Shown one piece after another: positions 63,894 through 64,000 of a DNA stretch of 64,000 nucleotides. Origin of the DNA: Vermamoeba vermiformis (taxonomy: Eukaryota); the NCBI GenBank assembly GCA_045837725.1, contig JBEWZL010000238.1, positions 434,001 to 498,000 of the forward strand. The letters run 5' to 3'. Each line of letters opens with the position of its first letter. Position 1 is the first letter of the stretch. The notes below the pieces were generated by a model. That model had not been told where the DNA came from. It was given only the letters and a program-made list of their open reading frames with translations, and did no database searches. Both the position numbers and the translations under genes were made by a program.

Positions 63894-64000
63894 ATGGCAG
63901 ATACACCAACGACTGAATGCTTTTTCGAACCCGTGACAGGCTTTACGAAACGACACGAGGTGAATTGTACCATACTACCATACACTCTATCGGCACGTTC
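63894..64000 (+). CDS. Possible first exon of a gene that continues beyond the window
   Basis: ATG in an A-rich context, MADTPTTECFFEPVTGFTKRHE, then a possible GT donor. Confidence 0.3.
   Translation, partial: MADTPTTECFFEPVTGFTKRHEVNCTILPYTLSAR

Noticed and set aside
1-64000. Prokaryotic operons, CRISPR arrays, rRNA or tRNA genes, alternative genetic code
   Set aside because: ORF fragmentation is explained by GT-AG introns under the standard code; no spaced direct repeats or RNA-gene signatures seen by eye.

Overview
Eukaryotic, gene-dense, AT-rich genomic DNA with short GT-AG introns, most likely from an amoebozoan protist (inferred from an Shk-type kinase-SH2 gene, a Sib-like adhesin and an MrfA/MYRF-like gene). 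About 24 protein-coding genes were reconstructed by splicing ORF-track fragments by eye; no rRNA, tRNA, CRISPR or intact transposase was seen. Routine genes include a metallophosphoesterase, a THUMP methyltransferase, an NDUFA12/NDUFAF2-family protein, an S28 peptidase, a GT8 transferase, an Eps15-like EH protein and several F-box proteins. Highlights: (1) an intronless SAMD9-like STAND protein; (2) a MYRF-like membrane-tethered factor with an S74 self-cleaving domain and an LRR ectodomain; (3) a Crinkler-type NTPase-REase gene in a CpG-depleted island; (4) a perfect 87-bp inverted repeat pairing the 5' CDS and 3' flank of one gene; (5) a MADS-box protein lacking its basic DNA-binding residues; (6) a 2OG-dioxygenase/ketopantoate-reductase-like fusion; (7) a recurrent non-coding palindrome, TGACACGTGTCA. 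Family assignments rest on motif recognition from memory, not on database searches.
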